A DNA stretch of 64,000 nucleotides from Vicugna vicugna (Eukaryota). The DNA is taken from the NCBI GenBank assembly GCA_013265495.1, contig MU062559.1, positions 5,084,215 through 5,148,214 of the forward strand, in the 5' to 3' direction. The notes under the pieces are model-generated. The model searched no databases. It was not told where the DNA came from and was given only the letters and a program-made list of their open reading frames with translations. Positions 1 to 13,170 of the stretch are shown one piece after another. How positions within the stretch are numbered: the stretch's first letter is position 1; every line of letters starts with the position of its first letter. The position numbers and the translations under genes were made by a program.

Positions 1-835
1 AGCATGTTGTCATTTGTTTATACACAGACTGATTAAATCACTAGTTTTAAGTTAGAAAATAAATTAATTTCTCCTTGGAATTTAAATGTCAATATATTTG
101 TTTAAAAGTATGTATATGTATATACATATATATATACTTGTTTTTCTAGGAACAAATAAAAAAACTTGAATCTCTGACAGATATAGCCATCCTATGGAAT
201 TTTTTTTAACTCTTTGCCTAATTTCTTGGTTGCCCCAATTTTAATCAAAACTGGGTTTCCTGGAATGAATAGACTATAAAATTAAAGGAAATATTTTGGT
301 CACTATTCTTATGAAATCATTTGTGGTTTGGAAGAGAACTTCTTTAGCGTTTCAACAGCTTCATTCATGTTCCGCACACGGTATAGCAGAATGATGCCAG
401 TAACTGAGCTACAGAAGGAGAAGTTCAAATGCAGAACCTCCACATTTAGAAGTTGAACAATAAAACTTTTGGAAGGGAAGTCAAGAGTAGCTTAACTTTT
501 TATCATGGCACTAGTTATAAGCCATTTAGTACTATACATCTTCTTGGCAAGTACCTCCATAGCTCAGAAAACAGTTTCTTTTAATGACGTTTTTGTATTA
601 GAAGCCGCATTGCTCTCAGAGTTTTGCTCATTTGATTAATAGAACTCTGGTGTACTTTAAGCGACACTGTCAGGGGAGTATGTTCTTACCAGTAAACAAA
701 GATCTAAAATTGAAAGTAATGAGTTACGGGTACCATCACCTTTTCTACTACTGAAATTGTTTCCAGCACTGAAATACTTTAAAACTGGTAATTCTCTGGA
801 TACTTTTTGCTGCTAATGAACATCTCTTTTTACAG

Positions 836-875
836 GATTCATGAATAAAATTTTCCATCCCAACATTGATGAAGC
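836..875 (+). CDS. UBE2H: UBE2H internal coding exon (exon 4 in recalled human numbering), 40 nt
   Basis: ttttacag|GA TTC ATG AAT AAA ATT TTC CAT CCC AAC ATT GAT GAA GC|gtaag encodes (G)FMNKIFHPNIDE(A), including the E2 HPN motif; canonical AG/GT sites. Confidence 0.96.
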
Positions 876-1429
876 GTAAGTAACTATTTAAAATGTTTAA
901 AACTTAGCAGCAACCACTCTTGATTAGAGTTCATCTCTCTCTTCATTATAAAAAAAAAAGCCTCAGTTACCTTTTTGGATTTTATCAACAGATAGAACTG
1001 TAAGAATGGTCATTTAAACTGTGGAATTCCGGGGATATGATATTCTAAACCACTTAGTTCAGAATCTACTGTTGGACTGCTTGGATTTTTCCATTGTCAT
1101 GGATGGGTCCATCATTTCCCTTGATACCCAGCTAACATTTGTAATATTCCACTCTCCATTCTCTTTGTATAGACACAATTCAGAGATCTGTTTTCAGCTT
1201 ACAGATTATTATTTTCAGCCCTTAAAGTATTTCTCAATTCTTGAGAGTAAAGCAAACATGAATAAGTAGTTTGATTTCAGTTAATGAATCTTAATTGTCC
1301 CTTTCTTCTGACATTTTATTAGTGATATTTAAAAATGTGATACTAATGCCTCCCACTTGGCACTTCCAGTGCTGTTTAGAAGACATTTGTCCTGCAGTTT
1401 TTCTTTCTCGTGCCACTAAATTTTGGTAT

Positions 1430-2065
1430 TATCCACATGCATGTACATGTGAAGTATTACGAACTGTGAGAGTAGGTTTTACATATACATCACACCCCAT
1501 TGTCCTTTAATGCTTTCCTGTATCAGTCATCCTAATGACAGAGATGTTCTCTTATGTAACCACAGTATCGTCCTCAGATTCAGGAACTGAGTATTAATGC
1601 AGTACTTTTTCATCTGCTGCCGTATTCCAGTTATGTACTTTTTTAGCACCTTTTTTTTTTCGTTTATTAAAGGATCCAGTCCAGTATCATGTATTACACT
1701 TAGTTGCCGTGTTTCTTTAAACTACTTTAACCTGGAACAGTTCCTCACCTTTTTATAAAATTTTTAAAGAATAAAGACCAGTTATTGTATAGATGTCTCT
1801 CAGTTTGGGTTTGTGTGATTTTTCCTTCTTAGGTTCAGAGTCTGCGTTTAAGGTGAGAAAACCACACAGTGAGATTGTGTCCTCTTCAGGGTGTCCTGTT
1901 CAGAGGCACACAGTCTCTCTGTCCTGATTACCTGTGTTAATTCTGACCACCTGGTTAAGGTGTTGTCTGGTTTCTCCGTTGTATAGTTACGGTTTTTCCC
2001 TTTCAATCTGTAAGGAGACACTTAAGACCTTGTATATAGTCTGCTCTTCCTCATACTTTCCCCAA
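1430..2065 (-). mobile_element. Old L1 3' end fragment (L1MC4/L1MC5-like)
   Basis: Motifs ttatgtaaccacagta, ggatccagtccag...cacttagttg, ctggaacagttcctca, ggttaaggtgttgtctg match my recollection of the antisense L1MC 3' UTR. Confidence 0.75.
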
Positions 2066-2195
2066 CTGGGATTCTTTGGGGGTTTTTTAATATGAACTAA
2101 TAAAAATATTTTTCCTGATAATAAAATTAGTTGCCAGATATATGCAACTAACTTTCTAATTTTTAAAAAAATGCCGTTCTTTCCATCTGTTTCAG

Positions 2196-2248
2196 GTCAG
2201 GAACTGTGTGTCTAGATGTAATTAATCAAACTTGGACAGCTCTCTATG
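2196..2248 (+). CDS. UBE2H: UBE2H internal coding exon (exon 5) carrying the catalytic cysteine, 53 nt
   Basis: tgtttcag|G TCA GGA ACT GTG TGT CTA GAT GTA ATT AAT CAA ACT TGG ACA GCT CTC TAT G|gtgagt = SGTVCLDVINQTWTALY(D); phase is continuous with the previous exon. Confidence 0.96.
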
Positions 2249-3449
2249 GTGAGTTTGGCCATGGAATATTTTTTAGAGATGTTGAGACACTGCCTAAAAA
2301 AATGTTGTTTGGATTTTCTTCTCTGGTTTAAGATGTTTTGTTGGGAATGGGAAGGGATTTTGAAGTCCTGGTGGGAAAATTTGATCAGTGAAAGAAGTAT
2401 TTTCTCATGAGTACAAACTTCGGGTTAGCAGTGGAAGTTTACAATCATCTTGTAAGATTCTGAAATAAAGGTATAGTGATACACATATGGAGACACATAA
2501 ATACATATGCAAACATTTTATATATTTGTGTATTCCAAATACATGTGTATTCCAAAGCACATTGTATACATGTTTATCTGTAATGCCTTTTAGTTTTGGA
2601 AAAACTCTTAAGAATGTCCCTGTGAAATGAGATGATATATTAGGAGGTTTGGGGGATCATCTGTTTCAAAGGTCAAAACTTCATTATGAAGCAAAGAATA
2701 ATTTAGCCTTACCTTCAGTTCTGAAATTGACATCTCACCTCTTAGCAGTGAATTAACACATAAATTGAGATCAGAGAGAGAGATTGTATTAGACTTTCTC
2801 CCCATGAGCTCCCCAGTTTGGCTGGGGAGCTAAAAATACTTCTAAATATTTTTAAAGTCAATTAGGGATACAACAAATTTGTCTGTCCTCTCCACGTGTC
2901 CAAGTCCTCGGGCTTCATAGACTCTCCATGCTCTCATGCCCCTACCCCATGAAGCGTTCCCTGATGCTCCAGATGGAAGTAATCTCTGGACATGCCTACA
3001 TTTTATAGCTCTTTTTCTTGTGGCCTGCTTTTACTTTCTACCTTATGTTCGTTGTTTGCACCTACATCTTTTGTGCTACTGGATTATTTCCTGCCCTAAA
3101 GGCTGTCAGGATGCCCATCTGATTTGTGTTTAAGTCCTGGCACTCCCAGCACGGTGTCTCACACCAGTGTGTGTAAGAATGAGTGGCCCAGACAACAAGC
3201 GGTTGCTGAGAGGTACGGGAGAGGGAATCACTTCAGGTCAGGGTTAACCACAGATGGCTGTCTTTCGTTGAAGAGTTACGAGACCTTTTAGTGATCTTTA
3301 AGGTACTCAAGACCCCTTATTCCATCCAGTCTACGAGTCACCTTGTACTAGGACGGTGCGTGAGAATCACAAAGTAAGGCTGATCACCCACAGCACACAG
3401 TTAATTCTTTTTATCCCCCTCTCCTCCTGATTCGTTCAGGAGTTATTTC

Positions 3450-3757
3450 CTCTGCCTGGAGTTACTATCCCTGATCTTTGTGTGCCTGGCACCTTCTTTT
3501 CTCATCTGAAACATGCTTCCTCAGAGAAGCCTCCTTTCCTAGACATTCCATTTAAAATAACACCCCTCCATAGCACAGCACCCTCTTTGAAAAACCCTAA
3601 AATTTGTTTATTATTTAGCTTGTTCTATCGGATTGTAAGCTCCACAAGAGCAGGGACTTTGTCTCTCGTATAAGTGTGCATGTGTGGGCAAGTGCCTAAA
3701 ACAGTGGCTAGTATGCAGTAAGGGTTCAGATATTTGTTGAATTAATGAGTGAATTGA
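3450..3757 (+). mobile_element. L2 3' end
   Basis: ttcctcagagaagcctcc...gtaagctccacaagagcagggactttgtct...tatttgttgaattaatgagtgaa, the typical L2 terminus. Confidence 0.8.
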
Positions 3758-4106
3758 TCATGCCCAGTACTGTTATTAACATGAGCATTTTAAGGAAACA
3801 ACAGCTTATGAGGAGATGAGGTGACAAGAAAGAACATATACTCTGAGATTGATTAAATGGATTCCTTTTAAGATGATATTTTTGGTAAAAATGTCTTATG
3901 GCAGGCTGCCTGGAATATCTGATGTAATGATGTGTTTTCTTAAATTGCATTCACATTTTAGAAATATACATAAGGAAATACTGCAAGCTGGTTCCAATTA
4001 CAATAAAGTAAATTGGATTTTAGTTTAACTAATTCTTTTACTATTGACCAGAAAAGCTTTGTGGAAGAGGTTTGCTTATTTTCAAGTACTTCACGTCTCA
4101 GAACAC

Positions 4107-4722
4107 TTTTTAAAAAATAACAGTTTTATTAAATTATAATTCACATATGTAAAATATGCCATTTAGGTAGTTTTTAGTATATTCAGTTATGTACAACCAT
4201 TACCACATTGTTATCATAGAACATTTTCATCACCTCAAAAGGAAACCCTGTACCCTTTAGCTGTCAACCCCTTATCTCTGGGCCCTAGGCAACAACTAAC
4301 CTACTTTCTGTTTGTATAGATTTGCCTATTCTGGACATTTCTTATAAATGGAATTATACAATACATGCACTTTTGTGACTTTTTTTCATTTCATATGATG
4401 TTTTCAGCATCCATCAATGTTGTAGCATGTATCAACACTTCTTTCTTTTTTTATGGCCAAATAATCCTGCATTGTACGGATGTCATTTTTATCTGTCAGG
4501 TCATAATTTGGATTGTTTACACCTTTTTAGCCATTATGGATAGTACCTCTATAAATATTTGTGCACAAGTTTCTATGTAGACCTATGTTTTCATTTCTCT
4601 TGGGTATGTACCTAGGCATAGAATTGCTGGATGATATGGCAGCTTTGTTTAACCATTTGAGGAACTGACCTTTTTTCAAAGCAGTACTATTGTACATTCC
4701 CGCCAGCAGGTGTATGAGGTTC
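4107..4722 (-). mobile_element. L1MB-type 3' end
   Basis: agaacattttcatcacctcaaaaggaaaccctgtaccc, gatttgcctattctggacatttc, tacctaggcatagaattgctgg, cattcccgccagcag. Confidence 0.85.
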
Positions 4723-7700
4723 ACAATAGACTTTGAAGCGAAAGGCCAACATGACTTAAGGTTTCATCACATCTATAAAATGTTAGAATATGTTCTTGTA
4801 TTACCTTGCAAAGCATTTAGTAAGTAACAAGAATTAAACCACATTGGTCAAAGCGAATTTTGATTTCCATGTTACATGTGTATGAGTTACCGATAAGTGT
4901 TCATAATACAAGAGCACGGACACACAGGTAAGTTTAGGAAACCACAGAGAAAATATTTTTAGAGTGTAGTCAAAATTATACTCAGCATGGGAGAATTGTT
5001 TTGACATTTTGCGCAAACCCAAACTATTCCTCAAGAAAATTCAATATTTCTTTCATGGAAAGTTTTAGGAACAGGTAAATACAATTTATATGAATGTACT
5101 GGTAGAAAGGGTTGCTTCAAATAACCTTGAAGTTTCTTTTAGACCTATCTGATCTTGAGATCTAAACTGAATTTTTATTGCAAGCTGCTAAACCCTGTGG
5201 CATCGAAGGTTAGTTCATAATTGGTGAATTTTGAATCATTCAATTTCCTGCTGTGATTCTTGAGAGAATTTTAGTTCAAAGGACAAAAAAATTAATTTAA
5301 TATGAAACAACTAATAGGAGAAAATTGGCAAGTTAACACGAATATTCAACTGAAAAGCAGAAGGCTTAGCTTGGTAACTAAAACTTGTTCCAACACCTCT
5401 ACTGTATAATATGGTAGGGAGCAGGGAGTTACTTGTGAAATTTCCTGCAATTAACTTTGCTGCAGGGCATGTACTGTGCAATAGATATTCGTATTTTTTT
5501 ATTATAACAGCAATTCCCAGTTGAAATCTCAGATTTATACTCATCATAACCTGATAATAAACCATGTTTATGTTTATAGCAAATTTAGTCCTCTGTTCTT
5601 TACCTCCACCACCACCACCCGGAAAAAGAAAATTGATTTCTGGCAGCCCATTTGACTCATTGCTTCTGTTCTCCTCCTGTTTTCCTTTGCCAAGTGTACA
5701 TGCAGTTTGTTCATTCAGAAGCTCAGAATTGGTATACTTGTAGTTTAATCACCCAGTAATTTTTAATTTTATGTTATTTAACCGTGTAAGAGAGCTAGTT
5801 ATAGTGGGTAATATGGTTAATTTTATAAAGATGTTTGTCATCAATATAAAGTTATCTATTGAGTATAAAGTTTCTATTGTTACTCTTTGTGACGTTAAAA
5901 GGAAAGTAGCAGATGCCATCACAAAATTGATTCATTTTGGCTTCTAGGATGATAACATCTTTTTTCACTTCCTTTTTTTTTTTTTTTTTTTTTTAAATAT
6001 CCCTTCCTGCTCTTCCAGACAGCAATGATAAAAGCTCTGGAAAACTTAAAATTCAGCCAAGGGGATCTAGATTTCAGTTTCAGAAGCAACTGTAATTTTA
6101 AAGGCTGATGAAAGGAAAGTTCATCAAGTCATAGGTAGCTTTATAAGATCCCCTTCTGTTTTCCTCTTTACTCTGAAATATAGTTTATCCATAGTTGTGT
6201 TTTTAGCCCACACTCCTGGAAACACCTTCACTGCAATGCACCTTCAGTTTCCCTGCTGCCCTTCTGGGCCACACATAACTCGACCCTCGCAAATTGTGCT
6301 TCTCTTGCCAGTCATTTTACTCATTTCTCGACTGACTCTGTAAATTACCTGTTTTGTGGATTAAGTTGTGGACAGGTAATGTGGAAGACAATTTTCTTAT
6401 GAAATTGAGCAGTTTATAATTTTATTCTCACCCTTAGGGTTGCTAGCCAATGGAGTGGATACTCCTCTTATTTTGCCAGTGAGAAAAATCAACATTTTGG
6501 AAATTACTTCCCCTCAAGTCATCTGAGGAGTCAATAACAGACAAATGAAGTTGACTGCAACAAAAGGAATGCTTCAGGGACTTTGAGATTGGAATTAGAC
6601 AAGAGAAGCTGCTTTTTTTTTTTTTACTAGGCATTCAGAAACATTTTAAGTCATAAACTCATTTAATAGTACTGTGGCCTAATGATTTTAAACTGCTAAG
6701 TGAATTTAGGCCTCTCCATGTTGGAAATAAGTTGTTATTACGTCCCTCTTTTTAGTTAGGTAGCCAGTGAATCTTTCTAAACAATTCAGATTTTGGCTGA
6801 GGGTAACTATATCTTAAAATAATGCTTTATGTTGCATTAGTGTTTGCTAGCAATGTTTCTAGACATTTTAGTGTAGTTATACAGACGAGATACATTTATC
6901 TGCATGGATGATTGATTGGCCAACAACTAATGTTTGAACAGGCTTGAGAACTCAGTATTGATCCATCCATGTTGGAATCTCACAAACATCATCCTACTTT
7001 TGGAACAGCTAGATGTCATTATGAGTCTCCTAGAAAGAGGCCAGGTAGAGCAGTTTCTTTCTAGTGCTATGGGAGAAATAGCTGTAGTAGATAAAGAAGA
7101 AATACGCTGAGTTTTAGATTTGATGATTTCAACAGTGCTTGCTAGCTCCGTGATCCACCTCCTTTGTCTGCTTTTAGATATTCAGATTTGGTGTTGGTAC
7201 ATGGCCCAAGAGTTTAATTAGCTGTACACAGAAAAATGGAGACTTCCTGGGTTGAACAACTTAGTGGAAATTCATTAAAAACACCAAATTCACATTCACT
7301 GGTGTTCAGCACTAGAACCGTGGAGTGGTTCAGGCCTTGTGGATCGTGGGACGTGAACCAGGGTATGGCCCTGAAGGACAGCCACAGCTGTGTTCTTTTC
7401 TTTGGAGCTGTAGTTTCAGAGCTCAGTTGTGATTATATGGATTTGTTTTCTCTTCGTTTGTTTGTCATCACTATGTGTAAGGAAAGCCTTTCCCCCAAGC
7501 ATGGCCACTTATTTTATAATTGCATCTTGTTTTTTTCTGACATTAAAGACAAACTAAATTATTGTCTAGTAATATAAAACTTTAATAATGAGTTTTAGTA
7601 TGACTGTAAGAATACCCAACTAGCTAATTATACATTAACTGCCCTCATTTCTAGAAGGATAATAACAAATCCTATTACTGTGGTTTAGCTTGCACTTTTT

Positions 7701-8175
7701 TAAGGTAGTCAGGATCATACCAGGTTTAAACTAGGATGAATGACCTCTAAAGTACACCTAAGTAAGGTGGGAAGTGTTTTGAGATTGACATGGCAAGCGT
7801 TTTTGATGTACAAGAGCCTGTTTTCTTCATTCTCATCGGTGTAGTAGCATTCATTTCCTCTTGCAGATCTCTACAGTTTAAATACATTGGGAGGAGGGAG
7901 TTGCAGTTAGGCAGTGGGTGAGAGAGGATTTTCTCAGTAAGTGGAATTCTTTAAAATGTTCTGTGTTCTGAAATTACACACCTCTGATAGGTGACCTGGT
8001 GATCTGGCACTTCAAGGTATGTATCTGGTATTCCTCCAGGCTTTAGTACCCTGTGTCTTTCACAGTCCTCTTTCCTACATATAAAACAGGAGTACCTGTT
8101 TTTAGCTTGGAATACTTAAAAGCCTGTAATGCTGTCAGTGGTGAGATTAAGTATATCTGTCATGAATATTGCTGA

Positions 8176-8305
8176 GGGGAGGGTATAGCTCAGTGGTAGA
8201 GTGTGCTTAGCATGCACAAGGTCCTGGATTCAATCCCCAGTACCTCCATTTAAAAAATAATAATAATAAATAAATGCAGATAAAACCTAATAACCTTCCT
8301 CCCCT
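8176..8305 (+). mobile_element. tRNA-Ala-derived SINE (camelid Vic-1 type)
   Basis: ggggagggtatagctcagtggtagagtgtgcttagcatgcacaaggtcctggattcaatccccagtacctcc, with A/B boxes and AGC anticodon remnant, then an A-rich segment and aaacctaataacc-like tail shared with the 37219 copy. Confidence 0.88.
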
Positions 8306-9879
8306 CTGTGGGGAGAAGGGGAAATAACAAGTGTAAAATACTGGGCTTTAAAAAGAAAAAAAAAATAGAGGAAAAAAGAATAAAAAAAGTTCTTTTAAAT
8401 GAAGTGACAATATAAATTGTCAAATTAAAAAATATAGCAAAAATTCTTCAGATGTTTAATTCTTACTAATTCTGCTAATTGCACACTCTTTTAAAAGGTG
8501 TGAGAAAGGAAGAGTTTTGTTTTATGCAGGCATGACCCTCTTTATGAGACGTTATTCTGTCTTTAAAAGATATCTATGGATTAACATGAGAACACGTGTA
8601 AATCTAATGAGTTCAGACCTTTTATATACTTTTATCCACGCGGGAGACCCTCTCAGTTAAGTGATAGGGTACATTCTTGAACATATCATCTAGCACATTG
8701 GTTTGCTGGATTTCATTGAAGCATGTTGGAATTTGGTGAACTAAACACAGCATGGCAAGCCTTGTGGCCAGCTGGTTCTGTGCCACAGTGCCACAGCAAG
8801 TCTTTGTCGTGGTCTGCTTCAGCTTGCCATGTTTGTGCCCTCAAAAAGGCTTTCCTCATTGAAGTTAGGTTCAAATTAGTTAGTGTTTAGTCTCAAAGCC
8901 ATTTCATTTCTTTTTAAAAGCCTGCCTGCCTATCTGAGGGCATTTCTCCTGATTGGCTTTATTGAAGTCTTCCTCTATGGGATGTCTGTCACCTTTTAGG
9001 ACCCTCTGCTTACTCAGTCTTTCATACATAACACCTGCTTGGTCAAACGCAGTGCTGATCCTCCAGCTGAAGAGAGAGGTTTCTGGCTCCCCCTCCTTTT
9101 GTGAGGGTAGAATTTCACTGTTTTTAGTATTCACAGACTATAAGTAGAAGAAAAATTAAAGTGAAAAACTCAAATTCATCATTAATAGTACAACTTCTTA
9201 AGGGCTGACAAAAGAGTAGAAAAGTAAGGATCTGTTAATTAACCCCAAATTATTAAATAACCGGAGGAAATCTGGAGATTTTATTTTGCCCTGTTTCAAT
9301 CTTATAAACTTGGACTACACGTATGTTAGTTAGTACATGTGTTTTTATACATATAGTAGATCCCCCCCCCAAAAAAAACTTGAATGAATGAAATGGAATT
9401 TTATGATTGGTTTTATTTTGAACACACGGCTGTAAATCCATGGCTTGCTTAGCAATCATGATGAATTAGTTTCTTATAAGATGAGCAAAGTCAATCAATG
9501 GGATTTTGAAAGGTCAGCTGCTAATTTTCTCTAGCAAATCAAAGATAACATGGTTTTAACTCCTAGATGATCTCAACTTATTTAGCCATAAACTTCAACT
9601 ATAATGGCCAAAAGCCATGGAAATAAGGAAGTCATAGAGTTACCAGTTCTGGGCCACTAGAATCAACTCCTTGTGGGTTTTGACCGTCTTTTTACTTCTT
9701 TAATTGTGGGGTTTTTCTTTCTCTTTTTGCAGCCCTGCTCCCTATTGATATGAAACATAGAATGTCTTAGGGAGCTGTGGCTAGCTCAGTGATTGTCACC
9801 TTGGGAGGCCAGGGGTCCTTCTCCAGGAGGGAGGGGGTCAGTGAAATATAAGTCTGTTTGGATAGCATGCTTCTGGAGT

Positions 9880-10290
9880 ATGAGGTTTTGAAGGAAAACA
9901 AGAACTTGCTATTGATGAGAAATGACCTGAGTGATTGTTTTAAGGACATGTTCTCTGATTGCAAAGGCAAGAGTTTGGAGCCTGGAAGGCCATCCAGAGA
10001 CGGTTGTCCTGATCCATGTCTGGAAAGATATATTGGGCTTGATGTAGTTACATGCCAGGGGAAACGGAAGGGGAACTAGAGGCATTTCATTAGGACAAGT
10101 AGTGACTCTGAGAAGTTGGCTGAGTACAAGGAATAAAAGAGGAAGGCCTAACTGAGGTCCTTCCAGAGATTCAGAGCCTAGGGACAAGGATGTTGCAGGA
10201 GAAAGGTAATAGGTTTTCAGAGAAATAATTTTAGGTGTGTCAAGTTTAAGAAGAGAAATATAAAGGACTGATTAGGAGGTTTGGTAGTTA
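9880..10290 (-). mobile_element. Degenerate L2 fragment
   Basis: Purine-rich antisense L2-like text (ttttaaggacatgttctctga...ggaaggccatccagaga...ttttaggtgtgtcaagttt). Confidence 0.5.
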
Positions 10291-11419
10291 TCAACATAGA
10301 CTTATTTCTTTGAAATTGAAAGATGATGAGCTTCCTGGAGTAACAGTATATAAAATATACTGTGTATTAATACAAAGACCACAGAATTCACACTGCTGTG
10401 CAAGTGGCTGATGTCTTTCCAAACAAGTTTTTCTGCATGTTACTTGTTTGGCTTTAAAAAGAAGGAACCCAGGGCATTGGGCATCTGGGGGACAAGGAGT
10501 AGGGTGAGAAAAGGGGGCAGGATAGGCGGTACTGGAGAAGGGAGGAGTGGCTTTGATGGCTGGTGGTGCCTGGCTGTGACTGTACTGTATGATGGTGTAT
10601 TTTCTGAGTTACAGCATTTGGGGTGTTAAATCTGAAAAAACAAGTGAAGATTATGTAAGTTCCAGTCTCTGAGAGGACTGCCTGGTAATTGTGGTTCCTG
10701 GTAGGGCTGACCACATCAGGCTTCAGCATCCACAGGGTTTTAACCTGAAGATAGCAGCATGCTTTGTAAAAGTTTCCATTTTAATGTTCAAAGGAAATAG
10801 AGGAAGAAGAAATAACTTATGGTCACTGGTTCGTAAACAACCGAGAATAAAACATGAGATATGTGATTCATCCCCTCCTGTGTTTTCTTTAAGCCTTGTA
10901 CCCGTCTTTTTGTGAGTCACCTGGAGTAGGGTGGCTATACTTTAAGAATTGGTGCATTTGTGTGTGTGTGACTCATTTTAATTAACATGTATTCCTTGAG
11001 GGATACAAGTAGCTGAAATTTCTTCTGAGAAGATGGCATATCTGTATTAATATTTTAGTCTAGTCCTTTGATGCAGTTTGAAACCTGTTTTATAGTCATT
11101 TTTAGTAACGTGTACTACTTCTTGCAGTATTATACTTCTCTTTTTGCAGATGAAGAAATTGAGATGCAGAGGGGAAGAGACCTGCTTTCCTACCTATAGT
11201 TTGGAATACCTCCACCTGGAGGAAGTGATGGTGATAGCAGTGTGCAGAAAAAGAATGATGAGAGGGTCAGGGAGGGCTACTAAATTAGAGCCTCTTGTCA
11301 GCTTAGCTGCCAAGACCTCTGAACATTTTCTTGAGCTAGAGAACCTACAAGCAAATAGCTCTTTCCATTTGGTCTCTGAGGACAGGGATGTGTAAGGGAG
11401 GTAGTGCATTTCTGCACAC

Positions 11420-11530
11420 ACATCACACATGCAGATGCCAGCCTGTCCTAAGTCAGAATCTCTGGGGTAGGTTTGAGGCCTCAGCATGCATATTAGAAAA
11501 AAAAACTCCACTCCATGCGTAATTCTTAGG
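11420..11530. mobile_element. MER5A-like hAT-Charlie fragment
   Basis: atgcagatgccagcc...agtcagaatctctggggtagg...gcatattag resembles the MER5A core. Confidence 0.5.
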
Positions 11531-12931
11531 GACAGTCAGGACCGAGACTCGCCCAAGACTCTGGACTGAGTAGGGTAAATGATGCTGCTTTAGATGAGAG
11601 ATCAGTATGATCTGAGTGTTTTTAAAAATTAAATATGAATATAAATCATAATGTGCTTCAGCTGAAGTCTGAGTGTTGTAACATTGTTAACATTAATACT
11701 ATAAGGTTAGGCTGAAGAATCAGTCTTAATGGACTGTATTTTGAGAAGTGCTGATTTAGTCCAAGGCAAAAGTAAGAGCTGTTTGCTCATCAGAATTTAG
11801 ACTTCTCAGGGATCTTGGGACTTCCTTTAAAAATTAAGGCAGCCAGTAATGGAGCCAGCTGACTAATCTCTAGGTTGGGTAGCCTATGTCAGGCGCTCTC
11901 CCTTTCAAAAAAATGAAAGGTTAATGTTTTTCTAAAAAGAGTTGAACTGATTTATTAACAATTTCAGGGGAAAAAATGTTTATTATGATGGATTTTTTTC
12001 CAAAGATGAGTATCTTTAGTTCATTCTTGGTTTATAGTTTATGTCTCTTCTACCAGAACACTTATCTTGAAAGCAGATTTTGTGCACATCTGCATGTCTG
12101 AGAGATGTTTCTTTGTGGAGGACCCTCTCAATGGTAGTCACTCTGTTAGCCACTTTCATGAATACTTTACTGTTTTAAAATGGCCATGACCACAACATCC
12201 TGGCCTTCAGAAGCTGTCATCTTCACCCCAAACTGGGCTGCGTACTTTTCCTTTTCTGCTCTTCTGTTTTAGAGTTATGACTCAGCACTTCTGTAAAATG
12301 GATCAAAAGTATGTTAATGCCTGAAGACAGTAGACACAGGAAGGAAAAACCAATCATTGAGGGTTCTTTTATTTGTTTTGGACAAATATGTAAGGCAAAG
12401 CCACTTATTGGTAGCTTGAAAACCTTGAAAGTAGTGGGGAAGGGTATAAAATCTTTTCCTGGAACACATGAAACACCTAGTTATGAGACATGTCTGCAGT
12501 ATTTCTCAAATCCTGAAGGACTTCTGAACTGAAAGAGAGTAAAACCTGCACTTTATTGTTTTCTTCAAGTTCTTTGTTGTTTGATAGGAACATTCAGCTA
12601 TTAAATCTTTTGGGAGCAGCACCTGTAATGCTGATATGGCAGGAGAGGCCCCCAGTTCAGTATGTGTGGGTATCTGTGAACAGCCACGGGCTGTTTCCTG
12701 TGTTTGAGCTACTTGAAAACAAGCCACACTGCCTCTATGAAATACCTGACAGTTCAGCCAAGAAACTCTTGAACATTCTCTGCTTAGGGACCATCCTGTT
12801 GGCCTTGAACTTGTGAGAAAGGAAAACTTTGGGGAGGGAGGTGACCATGCCTGAAGGTATACAATTCGGATGCAGGGATGTGGGGAGCTTGTCCCTTCAT
12901 GGTTGAGACAGTGTTCCTTTTATCTATTAAG

Positions 12932-13170
12932 AGAAGCAGTGTAATTGAAAAGCCCAGGTTTGAAACCCAGTTCCTTGGGTAAGTTACCTAACCTCTCTGT
13001 GCTTCATTTTCCCCATATGCAGAATGGAGATAGTAATGGTACCTATCTCATTGGCTGTAGTAAAATTAAGAGTGTCTATGTGAAGTGTTTACAGGGCCTG
13101 GCTTACAGTAAGGGCTGTGTAAGTGTAAACTGTTGCCGCTGTTACTATTACTGTTACTGTTATTAATGTT
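12932..13170 (+). mobile_element. MIR SINE
   Basis: ggtaagttacctaacctctctgtgcttcattttccccatatgcagaatggagatagtaatggtacctatctca, the MIR core. Confidence 0.85.

Noticed and set aside
2527-2556. 13-bp direct repeat TGTGTATTCCAAA (17-bp period)
   Set aside because: Only two copies in an AT-rich intron; ordinary slippage duplication, not an array.
8179-8248. Possible tRNA-Ala(AGC) gene
   Set aside because: 2-nt deletion between the D and anticodon arms, mismatches in the acceptor and T stems, extra 5' GGG and a SINE-type tail shared with other copies; it is a SINE head.
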